Assembly: GCF_988242995.1 (NCBI RefSeq)
Contig: NZ_OZ547043.1
Reading direction: 5' to 3' (one strand)
Length of the DNA: 64,000 bases
Shown: piece after piece, positions 45,347-56,416 of the stretch
How the letters are laid out: each line of letters begins with the position of its first letter
Position numbering within the stretch: position 1 is the stretch's first letter
Notes under the pieces: model-generated
The model's database searches: none
The model's input: the letters and a program-made list of their open reading frames with translations, nothing else
Told to the model about the DNA's origin: nothing
Program-made: the position numbers and the translations under genes

Positions 45347-46057
45347 GTGCACAGAAAACCCCCAGCTAGGCTGGGGGTTCCGGAAAGCTTTCAGCTTTGA
45401 GCCAGTTATTAAAACCCCTTTTGATTTGTTAAAACACCTTGCGGTCTGGCAACTGCAAGTGTCAAACAAGAAATCAAAAGGGGGTCCCAATGGGGGACGA
45501 AAAGAGCTTAGCGCACACCCGCTGGAACTGTAAATATCACATAGTTTTTGCGCCGAAATACCGAAGACTGGCGTTTTACGGAGAGAAGCGTAGGGCGATA
45601 GGCAGTATTTTGAGAAAGCTGTGTGAGTGGAAAAGCGTACGGATTCTGGAAGCAGAGTGCTGCGCAGATCATATCCATATGCTTGTGGAAATCCCACCCA
45701 AAATGAGCGTATCCGGCTTTATGGGATATCTGAAAGGGAAAAGCAGTCTGATGCTTTACGAGCAGTTTGGGGATTTGAAATTCAAATACAGAAACAGGGA
45801 GTTCTGGTGCCGAGGGTACTATGTCGATACGGTGGGTAAGAACACGGCGAAGATACGTGACTACATAAAGCACCAGCTTGAAGAGGATAAAATGGGGGAG
45901 CAGTTATCGATTCCATATCCGGGCAGCCCGTTTACGGGCCGTAAGTAACGAAGTTGAATGCAAATGTCAGATCGTATGCGCCTGTTAGGGCGCGGCTGGT
46001 AACAGAGCCTTACAGGCGCATTTGAAAAACCTCCGGCTATGCCGGAGGATATTTATT
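45344..46057 (+). mobile_element. IS200-family insertion sequence, copy B (~714 bp), same orientation as copy A
   Basis: Apparently identical to copy A over its full length (all overlapping six-frame ORFs translate identically); right end abuts the ycaC stop codon. Confidence 0.9.
45490..45948 (+). CDS. tnpA: IS200 Y1 (HuH) transposase TnpA
   Basis: 152-aa ORF identical to the copy A transposase. Confidence 0.92.
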   Translation: MGDEKSLAHTRWNCKYHIVFAPKYRRLAFYGEKRRAIGSILRKLCEWKSVRILEAECCADHIHMLVEIPPKMSVSGFMGYLKGKSSLMLYEQFGDLKFKYRNREFWCRGYYVDTVGKNTAKIRDYIKHQLEEDKMGEQLSIPYPGSPFTGRK

Positions 46058-46683
46058 TATTTCTGCTTCGTTAATGTGTCATAACTGGTCATCAAATTAC
46101 GATAATCAGGAATGTGGTTAGAGAACAACGTCGCCAGTCCTTCAATATCATTACGCCAGTCACGGTGCAGCTCGCACGCCACGCCGAACCATGTCATCAA
46201 TTGCGCACCAGCTTGCGACATGCGATCCCATGCCGAATGCCGGGTAATTTCATTAAAGGTCCCTGACGCGTCAGTCACGACAAATACATCAAACCCTTCT
46301 TCAATGGCTGAAAGCGCCGGGAATGCCACGCAAACTTCGGTTACCACACCGGCAATAATTAACTGTTTTTTACCTGTCGCTTTGACAGCTTTTACAAAAT
46401 CTTCGTTATCCCAGGCGTTAATATTTCCCGGGCGAGCAATGTAAGGTGCATCGGGAAACTGTGCTTTCAGTTCTGGAACTAATGGGCCGTTAGGACCGGT
46501 TTCAAAACTGGTGGTAAGAATAGTAGGTAAGTTGAAATACTTAGCCAGGTCGCCCAGCGCCAGCACGTTATTTTTAAACTTATCGGGTTCGATATCCCGT
46601 ACAAGGGAAAGTAAACCAGCCTGGTGATCAACAAGCAAAACGGCAGCATCATTTTTATCAAGACGAACATACGGTTTGGTCAT
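46057..46683 (-). CDS. ycaC: Isochorismatase-family hydrolase YcaC
   Basis: 208-aa ORF MTKPYVRLDKNDAAVLLVDHQAGL...; cysteine-hydrolase fold motifs. Confidence 0.9.
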   Translation of the reverse strand: MTKPYVRLDKNDAAVLLVDHQAGLLSLVRDIEPDKFKNNVLALGDLAKYFNLPTILTTSFETGPNGPLVPELKAQFPDAPYIARPGNINAWDNEDFVKAVKATGKKQLIIAGVVTEVCVAFPALSAIEEGFDVFVVTDASGTFNEITRHSAWDRMSQAGAQLMTWFGVACELHRDWRNDIEGLATLFSNHIPDYRNLMTSYDTLTKQK

Positions 46684-46997
46684 CCTCTTCTCCTTTCGAG
46701 AGTCAGTGGTACGTCTGAAATCGGTCAGACGCGATGCATTGCTCTGAAAGCATAGACGGGAAATATGAGTTTGCTGTGACCATGAAATTTTTCGACTGAA
46801 CGAAGCGTATGGAATTTGTGTTAGATCAATAAAAACAATCAGATGAGATTAATCGTCTCTCCAGCATTAGCGTTATGAATGAGTAATATAAATCGATAAT
46901 ACCTCCGCTGCGATATGCGCGTATTTTCACCCATTGACAATGTTTTTGGCGGTGGCATGATGCGCATGAAATTTGAACTTCCTCACGGTTTTAATTC

Positions 46998-48146
46998 ATG
47001 TCCACGTATACCCGGCCTGTCATGCTTTTGCTGTCTGGCCTGCTTTTGTTGACTCTGGCGATCGCAGTGTTAAATACACTCGTGCCGCTTTGGCTCGCCC
47101 AGGAACACATGTCCACATGGCAGGTAGGCGTTGTCAGCTCATCCTATTTTACCGGCAACCTGGTCGGTACATTGCTGACAGGGTATGTCATTAAGCGCAT
47201 TGGCTTTAACCGCAGCTATTATCTGGCCTCCTTCATTTTTGCCGCTGGCTGTGCCGGCCTTGGCCTGATGATTGGATTCTGGAGCTGGTTGGCTTGGCGT
47301 TTTGTCGCCGGCGTCGGCTGTGCCATGATTTGGGTGGTTGTTGAGAGCGCGCTGATGTGCAGTGGGACGTCACGTAACCGTGGGCGTTTGCTTGCTGCGT
47401 ATATGATGGTTTATTACGTGGGAACGTTTTTAGGCCAGTTACTGGTCAGCAAAGTTTCAACCGAGCTGATGTCCGTATTGCCGTGGGTTACAGGTTTGAC
47501 GTTGGCAGGGATCTTACCGCTGTTGTTTACGCGTGTGCTGAATCAGCAGGCTGAAAAGCATGATTCGACGTCAATTACGTCAATGCTAAAACTCCGTCAG
47601 GCGCGGCTTGGCGTGAATGGCTGTATTATCTCAGGAATCGTTCTGGGATCTCTATATGGCCTGATGCCGCTGTACCTCAATCACAAAGGGGTGAGCAATG
47701 CCAGCATTGGTTTCTGGATGGCGGTACTGGTCAGTGCGGGTATCCTTGGACAATGGCCGATTGGACGTCTGGCGGATAAGTTTGGTCGACTGCTGGTGTT
47801 GCGTGTTCAGGTCTTTGTCGTCATTCTCGGCAGTATCGCGATGCTTAGCCAGGCGGCGATGGCCCCAGCGTTATTCATCCTCGGTGCCGCTGGCTTTACG
47901 CTATATCCGGTGGCGATGGCATGGGCTTGCGAGAAAGTTGAACATCATCAACTGGTGGCAATGAACCAGGCCTTACTGTTGAGCTATACCGTGGGAAGTC
48001 TGCTTGGCCCGTCATTTACTGCCATGCTAATGCAGAATTTCTCCGATAATTTATTGTTTATCATGATCGCCAGCGTATCGTTTATCTATTTGCTGATGCT
48101 GCTTCGCAACGCCGGTCATACGCCGAAACCCGTTGCTCACGTGTAA
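46998..48146 (+). CDS. ycaD: MFS transporter YcaD
   Basis: 382-aa ORF with ~12 predicted hydrophobic spans. Confidence 0.85.
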   Translation: MSTYTRPVMLLLSGLLLLTLAIAVLNTLVPLWLAQEHMSTWQVGVVSSSYFTGNLVGTLLTGYVIKRIGFNRSYYLASFIFAAGCAGLGLMIGFWSWLAWRFVAGVGCAMIWVVVESALMCSGTSRNRGRLLAAYMMVYYVGTFLGQLLVSKVSTELMSVLPWVTGLTLAGILPLLFTRVLNQQAEKHDSTSITSMLKLRQARLGVNGCIISGIVLGSLYGLMPLYLNHKGVSNASIGFWMAVLVSAGILGQWPIGRLADKFGRLLVLRVQVFVVILGSIAMLSQAAMAPALFILGAAGFTLYPVAMAWACEKVEHHQLVAMNQALLLSYTVGSLLGPSFTAMLMQNFSDNLLFIMIASVSFIYLLMLLRNAGHTPKPVAHV

Positions 48147-48355
48147 ATGAATTCAAGCAAAGTGTGAACTTACTGTTTCACACTCTGCTTTTTTGTTTCT
48201 TCTATCTGACTTGCTTTATTCCAAATTTTATTCGTTTAAAAATAAAATGTGCAGCAGGTTATAATTTTGCATTTCGCTATTTCCGCACTTCTTATTTGCC
48301 GCGCATAATCCCTCGTTTTACAGATGCCCCTTTAATTTTGGCGAAGGATTTGTCT

Positions 48356-49786
48356 ATGGCTGGGAATGTTCAGGAAAAACAGCTGCGATGGTACAACATT
48401 GCGCTGATGTCTTTTATCACTGTCTGGGGTTTTGGCAACGTTGTTAATAACTACGCCAACCAGGGGCTGGTGGTTGTTTTTTCATGGGTGTTTATCTTTG
48501 CGCTCTATTTCACACCTTATGCGCTAATTGTTGGTCAGTTAGGCTCGACCTTCAAAGATGGGAAGGGCGGGGTCAGTACCTGGATTAAACACACGATGGG
48601 ACCCGGACTGGCTTACCTCGCCGCGTGGACCTACTGGGTAGTGCATATTCCCTATCTGGCACAAAAACCCCAGGCAATACTGATTGCGCTCGGTTGGGCG
48701 ATGAAAGGCGACGGTTCGTTAATCAAAGAATATTCAGTCGTAGCGTTACAGGGGTTAACGCTGGTGCTGTTTATCTTCTTTATGTGGGTTGCTTCACGCG
48801 GTATGAAATCGCTGAAAATCGTCGGTTCTGTGGCAGGGATTGCGATGTTTGTTATGTCGCTCCTGTATGTGGCGATGGCGGTAACCGCGCCTGCGATTAC
48901 TGAAGTGCATATTGCGACCACAAACATTACCTGGGAAACGTTCATTCCTCATATCGACTTTACCTACATTACCACTATTTCAATGCTGGTTTTCGCGGTT
49001 GGCGGAGCAGAGAAGATTTCTCCTTACGTTAATCAAACGCGCAACCCAGGAAAAGAATTTCCAAAAGGGATGTTATGCCTGGCGGTGATGGTTGCGGTTT
49101 GTGCCATTCTGGGCTCACTGGCGATGGGGATGATGTTTGACTCGCGTAATATCCCGGATGACTTAATGACTAACGGTCAGTATTACGCCTTTCAGAAGCT
49201 GGGCGAGTATTACAACATGGGTAATACTTTAATGGTGATTTATGCCATTGCGAATACCCTGGGACAAGTAGCTGCGCTGGTATTCTCGATTGATGCGCCG
49301 CTTAAAGTGTTATTAGGCGATGCTGACAGCAAATATATTCCAGCCAGTTTATGTCGTACCAACGCTTCTGGTACGCCCGTTAATGGCTATTTTCTGACCC
49401 TGGTGCTGGTGGCGATCCTGATAATGCTACCGACTCTCGGCATTGGTGATATGAACAATCTCTATAAATGGCTGTTGAATCTTAACTCGGTAGTGATGCC
49501 GCTGCGTTATTTATGGGTATTTGTTGCATTTATTGCAGTTGTTCGCCTGGCGCAGAAATATAAACCAGAATATGTCTTTATTCGTAATAAGCCGCTGGCA
49601 ATGACCGTCGGAATTTGGTGTTTTGCCTTTACCGCTTTTGCCTGCCTGACTGGTATTTTCCCGAAAATGGAAGCCTTCACCGCAGAGTGGACATTCCAGT
49701 TGGCGCTGAATGTTGCAACGCCGTTTGTGTTGGTAGGATTAGGACTGATATTCCCGCTGCTGGCGCGTAAAGCGAATGGTAAATAA
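48356..49786 (+). CDS. ycaM: APC-superfamily transporter YcaM
   Basis: ORF 48164..49786 trimmed to MAGNVQEKQLRWYNIALMSF...; 476 aa; polytopic. Confidence 0.8.
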   Translation: MAGNVQEKQLRWYNIALMSFITVWGFGNVVNNYANQGLVVVFSWVFIFALYFTPYALIVGQLGSTFKDGKGGVSTWIKHTMGPGLAYLAAWTYWVVHIPYLAQKPQAILIALGWAMKGDGSLIKEYSVVALQGLTLVLFIFFMWVASRGMKSLKIVGSVAGIAMFVMSLLYVAMAVTAPAITEVHIATTNITWETFIPHIDFTYITTISMLVFAVGGAEKISPYVNQTRNPGKEFPKGMLCLAVMVAVCAILGSLAMGMMFDSRNIPDDLMTNGQYYAFQKLGEYYNMGNTLMVIYAIANTLGQVAALVFSIDAPLKVLLGDADSKYIPASLCRTNASGTPVNGYFLTLVLVAILIMLPTLGIGDMNNLYKWLLNLNSVVMPLRYLWVFVAFIAVVRLAQKYKPEYVFIRNKPLAMTVGIWCFAFTAFACLTGIFPKMEAFTAEWTFQLALNVATPFVLVGLGLIFPLLARKANGK

Positions 49787-49950
49787 TTATTGTGGTCGGT
49801 GACGCTGACTCTGGCAGATCTGACCCGTTTTTACATAATCGAGAAATGCGCGCAAGCCGCAGGACATATACTGGCGGTTTGGGTAATACATTTGGAAGCT
49901 GTGCTGTAAGGGCGTTAGAAATAGAGCTCTGAATTATTATGCAGCGCGGA

Positions 49951-49983
49951 ATAAAAAAGCGGCAACTCAATAAAGTTGCCGCT
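49951..49983 (-). terminator. Intrinsic terminator downstream of pflA
   Basis: AGCGGCAACT-CAATAA-AGTTGCCGCT with minus-strand U-tract (plus AAAAAA 49953-49958). Confidence 0.65.
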
Positions 49984-49994
49984 TTACGGGGAAA

Positions 49995-50735
49995 TTAGAA
50001 CATTACCTTATGACCGTACTGCTCAAGAATGCCTTTCACGCGTTCCATGGTTTCTTTCTTAGGTGGTTTAACACCATCGAGTTTGTATTCTTCACCCATC
50101 GCCACCCATTTGTGTTTGCCCAGTTCGTGGTAGGGGAGAAGCTCGATTTTCTCAACGTTGCCCATATCACGGGTAAATTCACCGAGGCGATGCGCTGAAT
50201 CGTCATCGTCAGACCAGCCTGGGACAACAACGTAGCGGATCCACACCTTCACATTTTTGTTCGCCAGATATTTGGCGAACTCCAGCGTGCGGTGGTTTGA
50301 AACTCCAACCAGATTTTGGTGGATCTCGTCGTTCATCTGTTTGAGATCGAGCATTACCAGGTCGGTTACTTCCAGCAGTTCATCAATCACCGGATCGTAA
50401 CGACGAACAAAACCGTTGGTGTCCAGACAGGTATGAATGCCTTCTTTTTTGCAGGCGCGGAACCAGTCACGAACAAACTCAGCTTGCAGGATTGCTTCAC
50501 CGCCGGATGCGGTAACGCCGCCGCCGGAAGCGTTCATAAAGTGGCGATAGGTCACCACCTCTTTCATTAAATCTTCAACGGTAACTTCTTTACCGCCATG
50601 CGTGTCCCAGGTGTCGCGGTTATGACAATACAGGCAGCGCATCAGGCAGCCCTGGAAAAAGGTGATAAAGCGAATACCCGGGCCGTCTACGGTTCCACAG
50701 GATTCAAAGGAGTGAATGCGACCAATAACTGACAT
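49995..50735 (-). CDS. pflA: Pyruvate formate-lyase activating enzyme (radical SAM)
   Basis: ORF 49995..50762 (-) trimmed to [23 protein letters not shown]; CxxxCxxC radical-SAM motif ([10 protein letters not shown]); 246 aa. Confidence 0.95.
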   Translation of the reverse strand: MSVIGRIHSFESCGTVDGPGIRFITFFQGCLMRCLYCHNRDTWDTHGGKEVTVEDLMKEVVTYRHFMNASGGGVTASGGEAILQAEFVRDWFRACKKEGIHTCLDTNGFVRRYDPVIDELLEVTDLVMLDLKQMNDEIHQNLVGVSNHRTLEFAKYLANKNVKVWIRYVVVPGWSDDDDSAHRLGEFTRDMGNVEKIELLPYHELGKHKWVAMGEEYKLDGVKPPKKETMERVKGILEQYGHKVMF

Positions 50736-50926
50736 TGCGGTGTTTCTCCAGATGTGGCCCATCTGAGGCCGTGTTGGTGCGCAGCTCGAAGGCTACGTCG
50801 AGTCTGTTTTGGCAGTCACCTTAAAGTATAGATAGCTGACAAAAAAGGCTCTCGTGCTAAAAAAGGCCCCACTTTCGTGGAGCCTTTATTGTACGCTTTT
50901 TACTGTACGATTTCAGTCAAATCTAA

Positions 50927-53209
50927 TTACATAGATTGAGTGAAGGTACGAGTAATAACGTCCTGCTGCTGTTCTTTAGTCAGCGAGTTGAAACGTACTG
51001 CGTAGCCAGATACACGGATGGTCAGCTGCGGATATTTTTCCGGGTTTTCCATCGCGTCGAGCAGCATTTCACGGTTCATCACGTTAACGTTCAGGTGCTG
51101 ACCACCTTCGATGGATGCTTCGTGGTGGAAGTAACCATCCATCAGACCAGCCAGGTTGGTCTTACGAACTTCGTCGTCTTTACCCAGTGCGTTCGGAACG
51201 ATAGAGAAGGTGTAGGAGATACCATCTTTAGCGTAAGCAAACGGCAGTTTAGCAACGGAAGTCAGAGAGGCTACTGCACCTTTCTGGTCACGACCGTGCA
51301 TCGGGTTAGCACCCGGTCCGAACGGCGCGCCAGCACGACGACCGTCTGGGGTGTTACCAGTTTTCTTACCATACACAACGTTAGAAGTGATGGTCAGAAC
51401 AGACTGAGTCGGGATAGCGTCACGGTAGGTGTGCAGTTTCTGAATTTTCTTCATGAAACGTTCTACCAGGTCAACAGCCAGGTCATCTACACGCGGATCG
51501 TTGTTACCAAACTGCGGGTATTCGCCTTCGATTTCGAAGTCGATAGCCAGACCGTCTTCGTCACGAATCGGTTTAACTTTCGCATATTTGATTGCAGACA
51601 GGGAGTCAGCAGCAACGGACAGACCAGCGATACCACACGCCATAGTGCGGATAACGTCACGGTCGTGCAGCGCCATCAGAGAGGCTTCGTAGCTGTACTT
51701 GTCGTGCATGTAGTGGATGATGTTCAGTGCAGTGATGTACTGTTTAGCCAGCCAGTCCATGAAGTGATCCATGCGCTCCATCACTTCATCGTAGTTCAGG
51801 AGATCGCCTTTGATCGGTTCAGACTTCGGACCAACCTGCATTTTCAGTTTTTCGTCAACGCCGCCGTTGATTGCGTACAGCATGGTTTTCGCCAGGTTTG
51901 CACGCGCACCGAAGAACTGCATTTGTTTACCAACGATCATCGGGCTTACGCAGCAAGCGATAGCGTAGTCATCGTTGTTGAAGTCCGGACGCATCAGGTC
52001 ATCGTTCTCATACTGCAGAGAAGAGGTGTCGATGGACACTTTAGCGGCGAATTTCTTGAAGTTCAGCGGCAGTTTTTCAGACCACAGAATGGTCATGTTC
52101 GGTTCCGGAGACGGACCCATGGTGTACAGGGTGTTCAGGAAACGGAAGCTGTTTTTGGTAACCAGGGTACGACCGTCGAGGCCCATACCACCGATAGATT
52201 CGGTTGCCCAGATCGGGTCGCCAGAGAACAGTTCATCGTATTCCGGAGTACGCAGGAAGCGAACCATACGCAGTTTCATGACCAGGTGGTCAACCATTTC
52301 CTGCGCTTCTTGTTCGGTGATCTTGCCAGCTTTCAGGTCACGTTCGATGTACACATCCAGGAAGGTGGAGGTACGACCGAAGGACATTGCAGCGCCGTTC
52401 TGAGACTTAACAGCAGCCAGGTAGCCAAAGTAAGTCCACTGGATAGCTTCCTGAGCGTTGGTAGCCGGACCAGAGATGTCGTAGCCGTATTTCGCAGCCA
52501 TTTCTTTCATCTGACCCAGAGCGCGGTGCTGTTCAGCGATTTCTTCGCGCAGACGGATAGTCTGTTCCAGGTTTACGCCGTTTTCCAGATCAGCCTGCAG
52601 AGAGGTGAACTGTGCAAGTTTGTCTTTCATCAGGTAGTCGATACCGTACAGCGCAACGCGACGGTAGTCACCGATGATACGACCACGGCCATAAGCATCT
52701 GGCAGACCGGTCAGAACACCGGATTTACGGCAACGCAGGATGTCCGGAGTGTAAACGTCGAACACGCCCTGGTTGTGAGTTTTACGGTATTCAGTGAAGA
52801 TTTTTTTGATCATCGGGTCCAGTTCGCGGTTGTACGCTTTGCAGGAACCTTCGATCATTTTGATACCACCGAACGGGATAAGAGCACGTTTCAGCGGAGC
52901 TTCAGTCTGCAGACCAACGATTTTCTCAAGCTGCTTGTTGATGTAGCCAGCGTCGTGAGAGGTGATGGTGGAAGCAACAGCGGTGTCAAAGTCAACTGGC
53001 GCGTGAGTGCGGTTTTCCAGTTTAACGCCTTCCATTACTTTGTCCCACAGGGTGGTGGTCGCTTCAGTAGCGCCAGCCAGGAAGGACTCGTCACCCTCGT
53101 ACGGAGTGTAGTTTTTCTGAATGAAGTCACGGACGTTTACTTCATTCTGCCAGTCACCTTTGGTAAAACCTTCCCAGGCTGTGGCTAACTTTTCATTAAG
53201 CTCGGACAT
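50927..53209 (-). CDS. pflB: Pyruvate formate-lyase (formate C-acetyltransferase)
   Basis: 760-aa [27 protein letters not shown]...; C-terminal glycyl-radical motif RVSGYAVRF. Confidence 0.97.
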   Translation of the reverse strand: MSELNEKLATAWEGFTKGDWQNEVNVRDFIQKNYTPYEGDESFLAGATEATTTLWDKVMEGVKLENRTHAPVDFDTAVASTITSHDAGYINKQLEKIVGLQTEAPLKRALIPFGGIKMIEGSCKAYNRELDPMIKKIFTEYRKTHNQGVFDVYTPDILRCRKSGVLTGLPDAYGRGRIIGDYRRVALYGIDYLMKDKLAQFTSLQADLENGVNLEQTIRLREEIAEQHRALGQMKEMAAKYGYDISGPATNAQEAIQWTYFGYLAAVKSQNGAAMSFGRTSTFLDVYIERDLKAGKITEQEAQEMVDHLVMKLRMVRFLRTPEYDELFSGDPIWATESIGGMGLDGRTLVTKNSFRFLNTLYTMGPSPEPNMTILWSEKLPLNFKKFAAKVSIDTSSLQYENDDLMRPDFNNDDYAIACCVSPMIVGKQMQFFGARANLAKTMLYAINGGVDEKLKMQVGPKSEPIKGDLLNYDEVMERMDHFMDWLAKQYITALNIIHYMHDKYSYEASLMALHDRDVIRTMACGIAGLSVAADSLSAIKYAKVKPIRDEDGLAIDFEIEGEYPQFGNNDPRVDDLAVDLVERFMKKIQKLHTYRDAIPTQSVLTITSNVVYGKKTGNTPDGRRAGAPFGPGANPMHGRDQKGAVASLTSVAKLPFAYAKDGISYTFSIVPNALGKDDEVRKTNLAGLMDGYFHHEASIEGGQHLNVNVMNREMLLDAMENPEKYPQLTIRVSGYAVRFNSLTKEQQQDVITRTFTQSM

Positions 53210-53263
53210 GTAACACCTACCTTCTTAAGTGGATTTTTTATTTACTGCGTACTTCGACAACCA

Positions 53264-54121
53264 TTAATGGTGATCGTTTTCACGCAGATAAATGACCCAG
53301 TATGTCAACCCAACCAACAAACCACCGCCGATAATATTACCGATCGTAACCGGAATCAGGTTATCAGTGATGAAGTTCATCACGGTCAGGTGAGAAAAAT
53401 TTTCCGGTGCAGAACCGACAGCGGTCCAGAATTCCGGAGATGCGAAGTCGCGGATTACAATACCCATCGGGATCATAAACATGTTTGCGATACTGTGCTC
53501 AAAACCGCTGGCAACAAACATCGCGACCGGCAGCACCATAATGAACGCTTTATCCATCAGGCTGCGGCCAGAATAACTCATCCATACTGCCAGACATACC
53601 ATCAGGTTTGCCAGGATACCAAGACAGACGGCCTCAATAAAAGTATGGTGCACTTTGTGGTCGGCGGTTTGTAGGACGTTTAGTCCCCATTGACCATTCG
53701 CGGTCATATACTCGCCGGAAAGCCACATTAAAAGTACAAACAGCAGTGCGCCGACCAGGTTGCCAAAATAGACATTTAGCCAGTTTTTCGCCAACTGACC
53801 CCAGGTGATTCGCCCACTCGCCTTAGCAACAACAATCAACACTGTGGAAGTAAAGAGATCGGCTCCGCAGACAACACAAAGAATCAGCCCCAGAGAGAAG
53901 CAAATGCCGCCAACCAGTTTTGCCATGCCGAAGGGCATTGTGCCTGTGCCAGTGGTTGCTGTGATATAGAAGACGAATGCGATTGAGATGAAAACACCGG
54001 CGGTAATCGCCAGATAGAAAGTCTTAAGCGGATGTTTCGTTGCTTTATAGACACCTGCCTCTTCGGCCACTTTGGCCATTGCTGCAGGAAGTAAAAGATC
54101 AAAAGGGTTGTCAGCTTTCAC
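53264..54121 (-). CDS. focA: Formate channel FocA
   Basis: ORF 53264..54460 (-) trimmed to GTG start giving VKADNPFDLLLPAAMAKVAEEAG...; 285 aa; FNT-family membrane protein. Confidence 0.85.
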   Translation of the reverse strand: MKADNPFDLLLPAAMAKVAEEAGVYKATKHPLKTFYLAITAGVFISIAFVFYITATTGTGTMPFGMAKLVGGICFSLGLILCVVCGADLFTSTVLIVVAKASGRITWGQLAKNWLNVYFGNLVGALLFVLLMWLSGEYMTANGQWGLNVLQTADHKVHHTFIEAVCLGILANLMVCLAVWMSYSGRSLMDKAFIMVLPVAMFVASGFEHSIANMFMIPMGIVIRDFASPEFWTAVGSAPENFSHLTVMNFITDNLIPVTIGNIIGGGLLVGLTYWVIYLRENDHH

Positions 54122-54181
54122 ACTAACTCTCTCTTTATTAAGTCGGCGACGAGATACTAACAAAGCATTATAGATGAGAAA

Positions 54182-54195
54182 TTGATATAGATCAT
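54182..54195. promoter_or_regulatory. FNR-type box in the focA-pflB promoter region
   Basis: TTGATATAGATCAT (9/10 match to TTGAT-N4-ATCAA) in the AT-rich region upstream of focA; the pfl operon is known to be FNR/ArcA regulated. Confidence 0.55.
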
Positions 54196-54526
54196 ATCTC
54201 GCCTGGCTTATAGGCCCGTAACTCGCATGGTTTTTATGCAAATACGGAGTAACTATTTGATTATCCAAATAAAAATAAATTTTAAAAATTAACAAATGAG
54301 TTGAATTTTTTCCGCATCCTCCGCTAAAACAGTTAATTAAAAGGGAGCACCAGGCGAATAAAGTAACAATATCGATCGTATTTATTAAATACAAATTACC
54401 GATATTTAACTTTATAATTACAATTATTTTATTAATGCAAATATATGTAAAGCGGGGCATTAAAAAAACGCCCCGTAATATAACTCAGACGAATCATTAA
54501 GCCTACATTGCGAAGGCTATTTGATT

Positions 54527-56287
54527 TTATTTTGCCCAGAATGCTGCTTTGGCGCGCTGCAGCTTTTCGTAGGCCTTCAACAACGACTGATGTGCAGCAA
54601 ACGCGTGCAGATCGCTATCTACTGGTTGCAAGCCATAAAACGCCGCTTCGCCGCTCATTGCCGCACTGGCGGCTTCCACGGCATCTGCGCCGTACATGCG
54701 AACAAACGCATTCAGATATTGCAGCGGCTGGCGATCTTCTTCCTGCGCCAGTAATAACAACGTTTGCAGGCAGCGATAATAGTTGGCGCGTTCCGGACTA
54801 AATACTGATGAGTTAAACTCCATCGTCCATTCGGTCCAGACCAGAGCCTGTTCCAGATCGCCACCAGCCAGCGCCAGCATGGCTTTTAATTCTCCGATAC
54901 GCAGGGTGTACCAACCGTTATCCGACCCGGTCGCCAGACCCAACAGCTCACGCACGCGAGTAAAGTCATCAAAACCTTCTTCATCCAGTTGCTCGATAAG
55001 GTTCAGGTAATCTTCTTTTTCCCACTCGCTGCCTGGTAACGAAAGAATCGTTTCACGTAAATGGCTGCCCATACTGTTATTCGCTAACCACAAATCTTCA
55101 GCCGGATAAATATCGGACATGCCAGGCACGATAATTCGGCAAGCATAAACGCCCAGATGCTCGTAATCGGCAATATAAACTTCTTTATCTTCTTTGTTGA
55201 AGATAGCCATCAGCGTAGCAAACTCTTCTTCCGTAGTGCCGGAGAAATTCCAGTCCACAAACGGATAATCGGCATCCAGCTTGAACAGGTCCCAGGAGAT
55301 TAAACCGCTGGAATCGATAAAGTGCGTTTCGAGGTTGGTATGTTCAGCAACTTCTTCATCATCGAAGGTTGGCGGAGTAAACACATCCAAATCTTTCAGG
55401 CCACGACCTTGCAGCAGCTCGGTCACGGTACGTTCCAGTGCTACGCCAAAATCAGGATGCGCACCGAAAGAGGCAAAGCAGGTACCGTTAGCAGGATTGA
55501 ACAGTACCACGCAAATCACCGGATACTGGCCGCCAAGCGAACCATCATAAGCAAAGATTGGGAAACCTTCTGCTTCCAGTGTTTCGATCGCTTCAACCAC
55601 CGCTGGGTAACGCGCCAGCACGTCTGCCGGGATTTCCGGCAAGCTGATGCTTTCAGCAATAATGCGGTTTTTCACGTAGCGTTCGAAAACTTCGGACAAC
55701 CCCTGAACGCGTGCTTCGTTTCGGGTATTGCCAGCGGACATACCGTTAGAAACGTACAGGTTACCAATGATATTCATCGGAATATAAACGATCTGATTGT
55801 CGGACTGGCGCGTAAACGGCAGACCGCAAATACCACGATCTTCGTTACCGGATTGCAGGTCAATCAGCATACTGCCGGTCAGTTCATTCTCCGGATCGTA
55901 AAATGCGCGCAGACGGTCATCGAGCAGCCCTTCTGGCACATCGTCATTTTCGCTCAGTGGGAACCATTTTTCGTTGGGATAATGCACGAACGGACCGTTG
56001 GCGATGGTTTCGCCCAGCCAGAAATCAGCAAAAAAGTAGTTGGTTGAGAGACGCTCGAAATATTCACCGAGTGCAGAAGCCAGCGCCGCTTTTTTGGTTG
56101 CGCCTTTACCGTTGGTAAAACACAGTGCGCACTCTTTGTCGCGAATATGTACAGACCAGACGTTAGGCACCGGATTCAACCAGGAGGCCTCTTCAATCTG
56201 AAAGCCGAGGTCTGAAAGTTTTTGCTGGAAGCGAGCGATGGAATCTTCCAGTGCGGCATCTTTGCCGGGGATAAATGTTTGCGTCAT
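54527..56287 (-). CDS. ycaO: YcaO (accessory factor for methylthiolation of ribosomal protein uS12)
   Basis: ORF 54527..56320 (-) trimmed to MTQTFIPGKDAALEDSIARFQQKL...; 586 aa. Confidence 0.9.
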   Translation of the reverse strand: MTQTFIPGKDAALEDSIARFQQKLSDLGFQIEEASWLNPVPNVWSVHIRDKECALCFTNGKGATKKAALASALGEYFERLSTNYFFADFWLGETIANGPFVHYPNEKWFPLSENDDVPEGLLDDRLRAFYDPENELTGSMLIDLQSGNEDRGICGLPFTRQSDNQIVYIPMNIIGNLYVSNGMSAGNTRNEARVQGLSEVFERYVKNRIIAESISLPEIPADVLARYPAVVEAIETLEAEGFPIFAYDGSLGGQYPVICVVLFNPANGTCFASFGAHPDFGVALERTVTELLQGRGLKDLDVFTPPTFDDEEVAEHTNLETHFIDSSGLISWDLFKLDADYPFVDWNFSGTTEEEFATLMAIFNKEDKEVYIADYEHLGVYACRIIVPGMSDIYPAEDLWLANNSMGSHLRETILSLPGSEWEKEDYLNLIEQLDEEGFDDFTRVRELLGLATGSDNGWYTLRIGELKAMLALAGGDLEQALVWTEWTMEFNSSVFSPERANYYRCLQTLLLLAQEEDRQPLQYLNAFVRMYGADAVEAASAAMSGEAAFYGLQPVDSDLHAFAAHQSLLKAYEKLQRAKAAFWAK

Positions 56288-56416
56288 GAAAATCACTTTA
56301 GTCGTACGGAAAGCGCGCAATAATACGGGTTTTATCTCAAAGGCGCTATCACCGCCGCCATGCCGATGAACTGTTGACTATGCTTTTAGTGGATAAACCA
56401 CGATAAGAGCATAAAA

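Noticed and set aside
50936-53188. 750-aa plus-strand ORF
   Set aside because: Antisense to pflB; long open antisense frames are common opposite highly expressed, codon-biased genes. Its composition (Val/Thr/Phe-rich, no motifs) is not protein-like, and pflB on the minus strand is unambiguous.
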